Shown here in pieces: positions 1-11,625 of a DNA stretch of 43,752 nt. A program made the translations under genes and the position numbers. Numbering within the stretch: position 1 is the first letter of the stretch; every line of letters starts with the position of its first letter. Where the stretch lies: contig JAUGWO010000131.1 in the NCBI GenBank assembly GCA_049724395.1, forward strand, positions 62,001 to 105,752, in the 5' to 3' direction. This stretch comes from Spongospora subterranea f. sp. subterranea. Lineage: Eukaryota. The notes below the pieces were generated by a model. It was given only the letters and a program-made list of their open reading frames with translations, did not search any database and was not told where the DNA came from.

Positions 1-49
1 TCGGGCCGCGGACAAATAATCAGTATCGCTCGCTGGGTGCGATTCGGAA

Positions 50-1359
50 ATGGGACCAACCATTGACGAGCCGGTATCGTTAAAGCGTTTATCAGCTGCA
101 GATGTAGCCCGAGGAATGGCGTTTGCATGGGTTGTCATGTCTTTCATTGATATCATTACTGGTCTGCCCATTATCCACCTTTCAGCGGTTAGAGCTCTTG
201 TCTCCGGTTTCATCCTGTTTAAGCAATTGTTGCCCTCAATAGGTTGCCTTATTTATAGCGGTCGTGTTCGAATGCTACTCTAAAAAAATGTTTTCGCACA
301 TTGAATCCCTGCTGTTTGTGATTGCATCCTCAGTTGTGTTCATCACCCTCATTACAATATTTGCCTCAAGTTCGATCACGTTCGTTGCAGATGCTGTTTT
401 ATTAGGTCATGCTGCAATTCAAGTGGATTCCCCAGTTGATTCCAGCGTCACATTCGTTGTTTGCGGTACACTTGTTTTATTCAACTATTGTGCAACCCTG
501 TGGTTGCGTTATTTCCCAGCTCTAATATGGCGTATTTCGGTGGCTTTATCCGCGTCCATTGGAATCTCATTTCTTCTTTGTTTTCACCTTGGCTCGGACT
601 ACTCACTTGACGACTGGATAGAAGCTGAGAATATTATTCATGTGAAGTCTGCGAATATCGGGCAATCTGAAGTTTCCAAAAAATCGTGTATGAGCCCTAT
701 AGTTGTTAAGCCGGTGGATCCGCCAAATACCGCTTCAAATACCGTCTTGCTGCCGCGTGAGCCGAGACGTTTGAGCTCTAAGGATATTGATATCACTTCA
801 TCGCCAACAAGTGAGCCCAGACGTCTTCTTTCTCAAATCGATGCAACTTCATCGCCAACACGTGAGCCCAGACGTCTTCTTTCTCAAATCGATGCAACTT
901 CATCGCCAACACTTGCGCCCAGACGTTCACAATCTCAACGTAACGATATTATCAAACCTGAAGCAGAAATGATAACTTCACCAACGGCCACTTCTCCTCA
1001 AGGGTTTTTAGAGAAATTCGCAGCTCATAAAGCCGAGATGGCTTTTCTTGAAGCTAAAGGCCGACTAATTCGCGGTGCCTTACTTACAAAACACACAAAC
1101 GGATCCACACGAGAACGGTTCGTCCGGCTGAACCCTGTGTCCTGCTGCGTTGAGTGGTGGCTTCCCGATTCTTCTTCGCTAGTTGGTCAAGACGCCTGTT
1201 TCGAGTCTTTTATCTGTCTCTTGTTCCGGCATCAGCGATTCCTCGTTTCAGCTTGTGTTCAGCTCCCGAACGGTTGTGTTTGACGCGCCGACTCCCGAAC
1301 AATCTATTCAGTGGCTTTGTGACACGGCTCTGTTGCTGCAGCATAAGCATCTATTTTAA
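50..1359 (+). CDS. Multi-pass membrane protein with Ser/Pro/Thr repeats and C-terminal PH domain (spliced)
   Basis: ATG 50; phase-0 intron 188-242 (GTTAGA...TAG) joins ORF 50..283 to ORF 264..1283. Several hydrophobic segments at the N-terminus. PH-like GALLTKHTNGSTRERFVRLNP..VEW, continued in another frame from 1183 as LVKTPVSSLLSV..SFQLVFSSRTVVFDAPTPEQSIQWL..HLF* (TAA 1357-1359). Confidence 0.65.
757..927 (+). repeat. Coding 51-bp tandem repeat (EPRRLLSQIDATSSPT), about 3.3 units
   Basis: Near-identical units start at 811 and 862, a partial unit at 913, and a diverged 54-bp unit at ~757. Confidence 0.9.
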
Positions 1360-2176
1360 TCTAACTTGTGCTGACAAATGCTTCATATATTGAGAGTACC
1401 CATGAACCTACAAAGTTCAATCAATTAACCGTATTATTTATAGAGTGAAATTTCAGCTCTTTATGATGGCGGGCCCACTCTCCTTACCTGTTTAAACACT
1501 ATCAACATATGTTGCCGAACCTGTCTGCAACTACTTCTACCTTCTCGCTTCGATATATCTCTTTGAGCATGTTACATTTTTGTTCAGAAAGTATAGTACG
1601 GCGACTGAGCTCCAGCACAACACGTCGTTTTCGTAAAATAAAACGCCCTTCTATGTGAAAGGTGCTTCCATGTTCGTCCGATTGCTCTGCAAACGACAGG
1701 TCCTTTTGCAAAATTGTTGATTGACTTGACATAGTTGTGCTCTAGATCTCAGAAAAACTGTTTGCTTGCATTGCGAGCGGATTATTCGCACGATAAGAAA
1801 CGAATACAAGTCATTTTGTCTCAGATCATAAAACTTGTTGATCATGCGTTTTATGATCACAATCTATTACAGTATTGCTAATACAGTACAAAAACAGAAA
1901 AAGCGGACAATAACGCTGAAATCATGATCTTGATAGAATCTGCAAACGTAAATTGATAAGTGCAGAAAAGGTAACAGACCGTATCTAGACAGTTTCAGTC
2001 GTATAAAGTTTTGATGCGAAAATAACCGAATAATATTTGGAGCAAGAAAAAAATCTGATCAGCCTATAACGAGCTGATCCCTGGACTGAGAACTGAGAAC
2101 AACAGGAACTGTGCACAAGCCCGGAGCTACAACATTTTTGACGCCGTAAACAATCGCTTGCAAAATAAACAACTGA

Positions 2177-4383
2177 TTATTGAACATATTTTTTCAAGGC
2201 ATAGTCAATCCTAGCCTGAACATTGGCAGGAGGAGGTGCCCCAGCCTTGACAGATCGCACTATTTCCAAGGCAAGACTTTCCTCCATTACTTGTGGCAGG
2301 AAGAGCAACAACAGGAAATCAGAAAATTGAACCTATACAATGGAGTATGCTGATGGAATGTCTACAAACAGATAAAAAGGGACTTACATGAATGGGCTCG
2401 TTGCGATGAACTTGAACATGAGCAGTAAAATGTACATCCGTCCCGTTGAACGGGAAATGCTATTTTAAGACATTAGCAAGAGCCGAAGCGAACGAATCAA
2501 CATTACGAGATATTTGAACATTGGCTGAGGATTGAATGGTTTCATAGGTATGACTTTAACAAGAAGTTCATCAGGAAGGAAATCTTTATCCGGAGTAACG
2601 GTTTTGTTCTTGAAAATGATCGACGACAAAAAGTCTCCTTTCTGAAAAAAATAAATAAGAACTGTCCACCAAATCAACGGTATAGGAAACCTTGGCGGTT
2701 TTAGGACGTAAGAACCCAACCGCTGAACCCTCCTCAATAAGACCATCACGTTCCATGGCGACACCTATAATACCATTGATAAAAAACAACGGAATGTAAT
2801 GTGGGGCTTACCTTGGTCGGAAATCTGGTACGCTTTTGGCTCAATATTTCCCTGATTGTTGTATTGAATCACCATAGTGACGAACCGGGAATGGTTCAGA
2901 TTGTCGCTAAACCTGTAATATGTCTGTCAATACCTGAAAACGATCCCATTCAGAGGCGGCTTACTTGAGCTGAAACCGAGCAGCTTGTCGCACTTCTCTA
3001 CCACTTAGGAATACTTCTCCACCTAAAGAAATCTTTTAGCCCAATAAATATTGCAACTAGTACCAGCGGTATACCATATTCCTTCCCGCTTCTTGGCAGG
3101 GTAGTAATCGCCCATCCGACTGGTTCTAACCCAAGCTCGGCAGCGACCTTTAGGTTGCTTGCTTCATGCGGATCTCGCAGCAGGCGAACTCCATCAGGAA
3201 GACCTAAACCGATTCGTACACTAAGTGTTGTTGCTGCGATAGCAGAGATTATCACACCTTCTTGAGGAGGAATGTAAATCCCTTCAACTTCGGCACGAAT
3301 GGCGCCAATGTTGCCGGTTTCTGTCGGCTCATCGATAAATCGTCCGAACAAGATCGCAGCGCGCTGAATGCCTGGATTAGCGCTCCAGGTCGAGATAAAT
3401 CGTTCACCGGCGGCGACATCCTTAAACGAAATGCCATCGCAACGACGGTAGGACTACAATTAAAAAATCAGTACGATAAACGGTGGACAACGAAGGAAGA
3501 ACCTGTAGGTGCAAAACAGCATTAGAAGGTGCACATTTCCCACAGATACCGAGAGGCCATGGCCGATGGCCCCCATCGCATCGGCTCTTGCCAGCGTAAC
3601 TGATCATTTCGGGGGGCGCACAGCTATGGCATACTGTAGATAGATGATGTTTAAACCTGAGTTCAACTGTAATTTGCGTATTTGAATGAATAGCAATGCC
3701 AATATATACTTGCAAAGCGCTCGTTTTTCAGCCATGAATTGCGCATAAGGAATAATGTCTACTTTAAAGGGTTTGTCGGGATCTTCCTTCTCGTGATTAG
3801 CAGGTGAAGATTCAACTACTTCCTCAGGAGGAAGGCATTTGGGACAGAAAGCAGTAGGAGGATGATTACATAGCCATGACGCAAGAGGGGCATCAGGATC
3901 TGCCGGTGCAAGCTGAACACAGCGCATGAATTAGATGTAGCGCCAGCATTTCGACGAGGTACGAACACAATGCAGACATCGTGCTTTGATATTATGCTGG
4001 CATTTGGGAGTGAGCTTGAATACTGGGCCGGATTCAACAACAACATCATCATCTGGGGCAAGGTAAACCATGGTCCCATGTTCAATTCCTATCGAGCCGA
4101 GCGCTAATTTCGGATCAACATTCACCCACTGCGAGAAAGTCATTTTAACCGAAAACTCCATGCAATGATAGCAGACCTCTGGATTATGGAGTGGACGACG
4201 CGATATGCGAAATTTTCCAACAGGAAAATCAAATTTGACTGATATCTACGGCGGATCGATTAGCGCCACAAAAACCGATTTTGACCTGTCCCAAACCAGT
4301 TCGAGGAGTTCACCCCAAGAAGTTGATACAGAACCGACTTCGACCCGTTTCTGGCCAGATGCGCTTTGTACGCGTACAATCAT
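2177..4383 (-). CDS. NPL4: Nuclear protein localization 4 (Cdc48/p97-Ufd1 cofactor), multi-exon
   Basis: N-terminal ubiquitin-like MIVRVQSASGQKRVEV; Zn fingers CQH..ARCLHC, CNHPPTAFCPKC, HRPWPLGICGKCAP; MPN-like AEVEGIYIPPQEG, AAELGLEPVGW, FVTMVI, AMERDGLI; C-terminal FSDFLLLLFL..KKYVQ* (stop 2177-2179). Confidence 0.93.
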
Positions 4384-4692
4384 TGATTTCTGAAAGGAAG
4401 GTGTCGACTAACTCCAGATATTAAGTGTCCACAAGCCGATAATACCACGCAGTTCATCACCGGACAAGTAAAATGTTGTGGCGAGAACACGTCAATGATG
4501 GAGAACCCGCATCTGTTACGCCATGGGCACATCCTCAAAATGGCAAAACGAGTATTGATAAGAATGCGATAGTCAACTAATGGAGATTCTTCGATGAAAA
4601 ATAAAATGCAAGAGTTGTTTAACGATAAATTTTAGGGACGGCAACTTTCAACCTTGAACGGCGGGGTCATTACGCATGAGGTTGACTTTCAT

Positions 4693-5992
4693 TTACTGGA
4701 CTAGAAGGATTCGTCGAAGCGAATCAACTGCATCGTTCAGGTCACCGCCTTCTTCAACAATATCGACAATGGACAACATCACAACGGCCTGTAAAATGGA
4801 TTTAAAAAAACGAAGATTGCGCAGTACATGACGTACCTGGGAATCTCTTGCAATAATTAAGTTTTTCATTAGACCTTGCTCATGTTTGGAAATAAAACCG
4901 TTATCCATTAACTTTGATAAAAAATTAAATAAAAGGCGAAAATTCTCTCGACAAAATATTTTTTTCTCATCAAATTTGGGCGTTGCCATCGCCACAGAAT
5001 AAGCTATTTGTTGATCACTGGAATCCACAGGAACTGCTGACGCTGCAGTCTCCTTCGGTGCAACTTTCCTGACCGTCCCCAGATTGGCACTGATTTGAGA
5101 AGCATTGACAACTTCGGGCAGTTTCTTAGTCGCCTTGAACTTGAACTTTTTCGATAAATGAACCGAAATCGGGGCGGCAGCTTCTGTGGGTCTTGCTAGG
5201 GGTGGGACAACGGACGCATGATGACGAATACATTCTTCACAGGCGAAGGTGCGCTGGTCCGATATTCTCCCTTGATGATTAACACACTCTTTGTGCCAAA
5301 CGTAAGTGCACCCTTGACAGGGGACCAAGTTCTTTACTCGAGCATAGCTTCGACATTGCGCGCAGTGACGCTCATGAACGCCGTCCAACCCATTTCTTGC
5401 CAATTCAAGCACCTGAATGACAAGTTCGGTGATAGAAAACAAACAGACCCTGGACGAACTGACCTGAAGAACACGCGTTTCATCATGATGTACTCGATAG
5501 TTTGGTTGGTTCGACATAAAATCAGTGAGATCAGCCAGGCGAGGGCGTCTATAGAGCAAGATAAGACGTAGGACTATAGTACATTGCACCCAAAAATTGT
5601 GAAAAAGACCCGGCAATGACACAAAACAGATCAGTCTCAACCATTCGAAAATCCGAGGTCAGCATTCTGACTCAATAAACAACATACTTGTCTCCAGATA
5701 AAGTCCTTCGCCGCTCAATGTGCCACATTCTGACTCTGAGTGATAAAGGAGTCCATCGGGCCGAGAGCGGCAATGCTAACAACGTCGCCAGAGGCAGCAT
5801 CGCCGAAGCGTTGGGCGATGGACCCGGTCCGGCAGCCAAGGACGACGTTGGAACATGTGTGGGCGATGATTCTTCAACAGGGACCGGGGCTGCCTCACCC
5901 GATTCCGAATTGGCGTGATCCTGTCCAGCGGCGCTATCTTCATCCCCCGAGATCGAGACACTACCCCCTTCGTGTCGACGGCGCCGCTTCAT
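4693..5992 (-). CDS. PHD-finger protein with basic NLS-like N-terminus and C-terminal helical domain (spliced)
   Basis: MKRRRRH at 5992; C4HC3 pattern CAQC..LVPCQGCTYVWHKEC..FACEEC; GT-AG introns link ORFs 5672..6055 and 4693..5640. Confidence 0.75.
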
Positions 5993-6695
5993 ATCCAGAC
6001 CGCCTATGGAATATTGAGTGGATAGTACTGGAACCCACAGAACGTGTCTAACCACACACCAATCGGACGATCAGTTGAACGACACACGCGCGTAACAATA
6101 TCGGACAACGAAACGATAACGAATCTGTCCGTCGCGCAAACTCCGTGCATACTGTTACAATGACATATTTCATTTTTACAAAAACATCGAAAACGGTTTC
6201 ACAACATCTCTATCTGACATGCGATAATGAGAGACGAAGATATTGCAATAACATTGATTTATGATCATTTGGGGGGGTCGTTTTCAAAAATGGGTCGCGG
6301 ACTCCAATTCGCCAAAGGGGGGAACTTCAATCCAGCCGTACAGTCGTCATCGTGACATTGAATGCTGGCTATCGGTGCTGAGTTGATAAATGTACAGACA
6401 TGTTGTTGTTTTGGGCCTTTGTTGTAGATACCTACCTTTCTTATACTCACCTTCATCCGAACAGCCTTATTGTGAATGGTTCCCGTCTACTTGCAGATAG
6501 AGAAAGTAAAATTGATTGCTCTGCGTTTTTCAAAGATTGTTTATGCTTAATGACGCTCGTATGTTTCGCTCAAAACTTACATATCCCATAACGAACCCAA
6601 GCCATCAAAGGAATGATATCAATTGATACAAATATTCTAGTGGAACTCGACAATTGCAAATAGAAAAAGAGAACATTTCTGAGTGAGTTCATTAT

Positions 6696-7007
6696 CTAAT
6701 AATGGCGGCGGGGCTGTTGAATCCAAAACGGGAACCCGTGCTTGCCTGGACTGTACATAGTCATCTTTCCCTTCTCGTCCTGGGTCCGTATACGCTCGGC
6801 GCGGAGCGCTTGGGCTTGCTCTTGTTCCAAAGTTAGATTCGGCTCCTCCTCTTCGCGCATCTCGATAGTATTGCTGGCCAATGGAGTTACAGCTTGATCA
6901 TCATCAGCTCTTGCGGGGCGATGATATGGCGCTGGCACTCGCGCTCCTCCTGCTTTCCGCGCGGGCATCAAGTTAATATCTTGTGGGGTGATTTCTTCAT
7001 CCGACAT
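6696..7007 (-). CDS. DAP: Death-associated protein 1 (DAP/DAPL1)-like small protein, ~103 aa
   Basis: From ATG 7007: N-terminal MPARKAGGARV (cf. DAP1 PPAVKAGGMRI) and C-terminal IQQPRR (cf. IQQPRK); size and disordered composition match the family. Confidence 0.75.
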   Translation of the reverse strand: MSDEEITPQDINLMPARKAGGARVPAPYHRPARADDDQAVTPLASNTIEMREEEEPNLTLEQEQAQALRAERIRTQDEKGKMTMYSPGKHGFPFWIQQPRRHY

Positions 7008-7845
7008 GATGTTCAAACGATCGCTAAGCCAATAAACCACTATAAGGCTAAAGTAGCTATTTACCAATGAACATTCGGGACTCTCCCAGCGAACAACAAC
7101 AGTGCGCGCAGTCTGACACCCAGTTAATACTTCTGCAGCTTTATCCATTATCTCAACCATTCTGAAAAATATTCACCACGGGTCGTCATTTTGCTGCTGA
7201 CGTTTTCGAGTACATGCGACCGGAAACGAAATAAACACAACCGACTCGAATTAAACGGCTTGGGACAGATCTGTTTATCACATTCGCTCGAATTGATATC
7301 TTAATAAGCTTGTAATTTTTCTAGACCAGAATCGGCAATGAGTTTGGTGACGCGTAGAGCTCCAACCTATGCGGTTGGCTGCACAAGCGATGAGTAAACG
7401 CTTTTATCCTTGGGGATCGGTTTGTGATAGTGATCATGGTAAAACGGAGCAGTCGGGTTTATTCGTGATGACGACTTTACCCAAGTTTGACCAGGGTCTA
7501 TGTTTATGATCTATGCTTGCTGACTTGATCCCGTCGTCAGGATAAACGACAACGGATCAATTTCTGGCCTTGCGAATAATAAATTTGCAAGGTCTCCGCT
7601 TGCATAAGAAAATATGGATCTTGTTGGTCTGGTATTGAATCCTTGTTTTTGCCATTCATTTTCTAGAATCAGAATTGATCGGCGCTTGTACAAATGGAAT
7701 ATCAGATTTTCTCTGCAAGTTGGCGTTTGGCAACTGAATCGTAACTTTGTCACGTCCATTTAATGATGTTTCTGTAGTCAAGACATCCACTGTACAGTAC
7801 GTACCAAGTTGATTGTGAAGAATCTGGGGCCGCACAACAGGGAAT

Positions 7846-7951
7846 ACATGTTACCATACGTCACATCACATCACCTGCTATCGCTCATGTAGCGAATGAA
7901 GGTCCGCAACATGTTACCATATGTCACATCACCTGGTACTATTGCTCATGT
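7846..7951 (+). repeat. Imperfect ~45-bp direct repeat (2 copies) upstream of the UvrD-like gene
   Basis: ACATGTTACCATA(C/T)GTCACATCAC...CT..GCTCATGT at 7846-7890 and 7909-7951. Confidence 0.75.
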
Positions 7952-8028
7952 CCGCAAATCACTAATATTAATGACATTGAAATGACCACCTCTTGTCACT
8001 CGGTTTTGTAATGGCTCTGGCGTGAAAT

Positions 8029-10286
8029 ATGATCAGGTCTTTACGATATTCCTTTACCGCTGAGCAGACGTCGGCTATAACCCATCCAGCCAGAGTTCTC
8101 TTAGTTTATGGGGGGCCTAACTCTGGCAAGACAACTGTATATTCGTCCATTTCTTTCCCGAATTTCCGTTGATGTTGGCGAGATGTAGGTCATAGCTGGA
8201 AGGATAGCTCATCACATTACAGAATCAACTTGTCGCCCTGATCAAGTGTTAGCGTTCATGCCATCAAGCAGGACCGCTTCAGCTTTGCAAAGCACTATCG
8301 GAAACATTTTCGGCAATTCAAGTATTCACCGCGATTGTAATATTCAAACATACCATTCATTAGCAATCGATATTCTCAAATCTTATCGAGCTGAGGCTGG
8401 CCTATCCGAAACATTTCGTGTTTTGTCCCCTGCAGAAGAGGCAGTGTTTCTACACAACCGTATAAAAGAAATTCAAGCTCCTGAGAAATATCGCCTACCT
8501 CGTGCACATTCCTCCCTAATTCGCCTATTTTCCACCATTCACAAAGAGCGAATTTCAATTGAACGTTTGCGTCTATCATCTCCTGATATTGCATCCATGT
8601 TTTGTTCGTTTCAAAACTTGAAGTCGGAGGCCTCTGTGTTGACGTATGATGATGTAATCGACCGAGTAATCGAGTTAATGCTCAATGAGAAAGCCATTTC
8701 AGAGATCATATCATCGTCGTATTGTTCAATTTTTATCGATAGTTTACAAGAAATGAATAATGCATTATTGCAGTTCCTAGTCAGCCATGTGATCTATTTA
8801 ATTGATTGTCTAATCTCACGCTCCACGTATAGGGACAAATTATCAAACCTAGCACTGCTCAAATAACGGCTACTGTCGACCCTAACCGCTTCGTTAAATC
8901 TTACTATTATGGTAGTACCGACCCAATTGCCTCGTTTCGTCGTCTTTTTCCGGTCACCGATCAGGCGTATCTGACTTCTTCATTCACCTGCCCAAAAGTG
9001 TGTGCGTCTTATATCTCATACCTAAAGTGTTCATTGACTTCAACAGCAAATCACGTACGCTGCCGAGCAGTTGATTGGTAATAACCGATTGAGCATCAAC
9101 AATCTGGGAAAAGTGTTTTCAGGACAACCTGATTCTGAAGGGTCTATCGGGTCAGTTCTTAGTTCGTCATTAGACGAGTCAGTCAGGGCAATTACTCGAT
9201 TCATAAATGACGGTATCAAAAACTACAACTGGACGTATACAGATATTTGTATATTATCTCGAAATCTTTCCGATACCCGTGACGTCTCTCGGCTATTACG
9301 TGAGAACGATATCCCTGTCCACGTTAATGGAGCATCTTTGGACGAGGTCGGATAGCATGATGTCGTTATTCTTACGCTGTTTACGAAGTTCATCCCTCCC
9401 TTTGTAGGCGAATCGTGAGGTTAGGCTGCTAATATCCTATTTGGTAGCCAGCACGCAACCAAGCAACATCAAGGCTCTGTTCAATGTCATTGCTTCTTAT
9501 TCGTTTCAGCCAATAGAAATTTCATCATTATTCGAAGCATGCGATCTGACATCCCCAAGCTGTCAAAGCTTGATGTGGGAGCGCTTACGAAACCCGGTTT
9601 GTACTGCTTCCGATGACGAACAAAGGTTTAGGGATCAGTGCAAGGAGCTATTGAAAACTATCGATTCAATACGAGAAATAGCTGCCTCCAGCAGTATCTG
9701 GAAATTATCGCGTCTTGTTGCAAATAGGCTGTCATTGGAAAGTTGTCATCTCGATGTGTTTCTAAATCGTGCATCCATGGTCGTATCCGGTCTGGGGTCG
9801 GATCACGCCTTGTTTGTAATACCATACTTGCATAAGGTTTACAAGCTTACCGTAGCCATCATCACACTTTCCGACTTGATATTTGCACAGGTGCTATCCC
9901 ATGATCGGCAATTCTGGGACGAAGTTTCGTCTCCATTTTTCGCATCTCCACCATCTGTCACAACATCTACCATCCAGAAAGCGAGGTATCTGCGTTTCCC
10001 TGTCGTCGTGTTGAATATACCCCCAGATAGATTGCTTCCCGGGATTTATCGTCGAAGGGCACCTGTATTGCCTGACGACGTATTAAATGCCATGTCTGAT
10101 GATCCAAATGCTGCATGGATCGAAACACAGCGTCGTCTCGTCTACACCGCCATGACTCGCTCAACAGACACATTTTTATTTGCGTCGTCAACTAGCTCTC
10201 CTGTCACCATGTCTAGATTTATCGACGAGGCTCTTGGAGCGTTCGCTCCAGGGTGCGGCCATCCAAGTGCTTTCCCGGATCAATAA
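8029..10286 (+). CDS. UvrD/REP/Srs2-like superfamily 1 helicase with degenerate ATPase motifs (spliced)
   Basis: Q-motif TAEQ; Walker A GGPNSGKTT; Ib IQTYHSLAIDIL; Walker B IFIDSLQE; IVa DICILSRN; V TIQKARYLRF; VI RRLVYTAMTRS; terminal MSRFIDE. About 5 short GT-AG introns. Confidence 0.85.
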
Positions 10287-10469
10287 TATCGAAAATTCGA
10301 TCAGCTAGTCGTGTGTGGTTACATACGAATCATGATTATCGCGTTCGTTAATTTCAATGATTATACAATATCTCTATCAATCACCCTTCAGTCTTTTTGA
10401 TGACGTTTTGGAAACAATGTTGACTGTTCCCAGACAATCTGTTCACTATTTTCTGTCACTCATTATGGT

Positions 10470-11625
10470 TTACTGTTCAATGGGTGCATACAATTGGTCC
10501 AAGTCTTCTTCTTCTTTCTTAGGCGTAGCAGTAATGAGGGGGTGAATGCCCACTGGCAACTTCGCATCGTCTTTCGTACTGATAATGTTGGAGTGACCTT
10601 TCCCAGATTCTGCATCAAAATTAGTTAAATGCCCATTTTCAAGAACTTGACGTTGTTCCGCCTTCGCCGGGATAGGCGCGATAGCTTGTATACCTTGCTG
10701 GATATTTGAAATTTGAGGGCCTGAACACCGTTGATTGTCGGTTTGTTTTTGATCCCACATTGTATCTCGAGCGGCCTGTGGCTGCCGTTGACGTGAACCA
10801 TCAACTCGTAATTCTTCATTATCCGGCAAAGCGATACTCTCGTGAGGTTTGTTCATTTTATCATGGCCGTTGCCATGCTCGACTTCACTTTTCTTCTTAT
10901 CATTCACTGCAATTCTCGCGACATCATCTTGCCTCAATGGAGTTGTTGTGTTATTTTTCAATACATTGCGATCACCGATCTGCAATTTGCTATCAGCATC
11001 TCCACCATCTTCCATTTGCTCATAATCATCTTCATACTCGTCAATATTATTTTCTGCGTTCTCTTTTTCAGCATCGAGACACTTGGTTCCACCGTGTCTC
11101 TTCATTTTCGTGTTGTTTTTTCTCTTAGTATATTTTTTATCAACTCTTTGCTGATCTGATTGTACTCTCAAGAACCGTCTTCGAATAACGACTCTTTGAA
11201 CCGGCCGGTCTTCTCTCGTCAGAATTCTCAACGCAATCTCATCCTGGATGTGCTTACCAAATGATATTCTGGTAGGGCGCTGTTGATGCCTCACCTTTGT
11301 CCGGTAAAGAAAAATCAATGACACAGAAAACAGAAAATGACGATGCAGATTACCAACGGATGATCTGCACCAGCATGGCGCTTCCTTCGTGCTTCATCCT
11401 TGGTTTGACGATCACGTTCGTTGCCTAGCTCGCGCAGACGCCGTTCTGAAAATTCGAAGACAGACGCAGCATGCGATGGATGTTCTAAGATTTCTTTTGT
11501 CACTTGCTTAAGCAAATCTACACCATTTTAGTTGTCGATGCGCAAACGGGCTTTGAGGATTTACCCAGAATTCCAATCTGATTCAGATATTGGCGATATT
11601 GATCAGCCGATGGTCTTTTCACCAT
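10470..11625 (-). CDS. Hypothetical protein: N-terminal MYCBP/RIIa/DPY-30-like docking helix pair plus long disordered acidic/polar tail (spliced)
   Basis: Spliced start MVKRPSADQYRQYLNQIGILDLLKQVTKEILEHP resembles MYCBP FRRYLEKSGVLDTLTKVL; introns join it to ORF 10470..11324. Confidence 0.55.

Noticed and set aside
1502..1860. Short minus-strand ORFs between gene 1 and NPL4
   Set aside because: No recognisable motif or convincing splice model; may be UTR.
7008..7160. 51-aa upstream extension of the DAP-like ORF
   Set aside because: Composition unlike the rest; ATG 7007 gives the family-typical size.
10706..11159. Hydrophobic + strand ORFs suggesting a membrane protein or a helicase C-terminal extension
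   Set aside because: They are the antisense shadow of the acidic/Lys-rich minus-strand exon.
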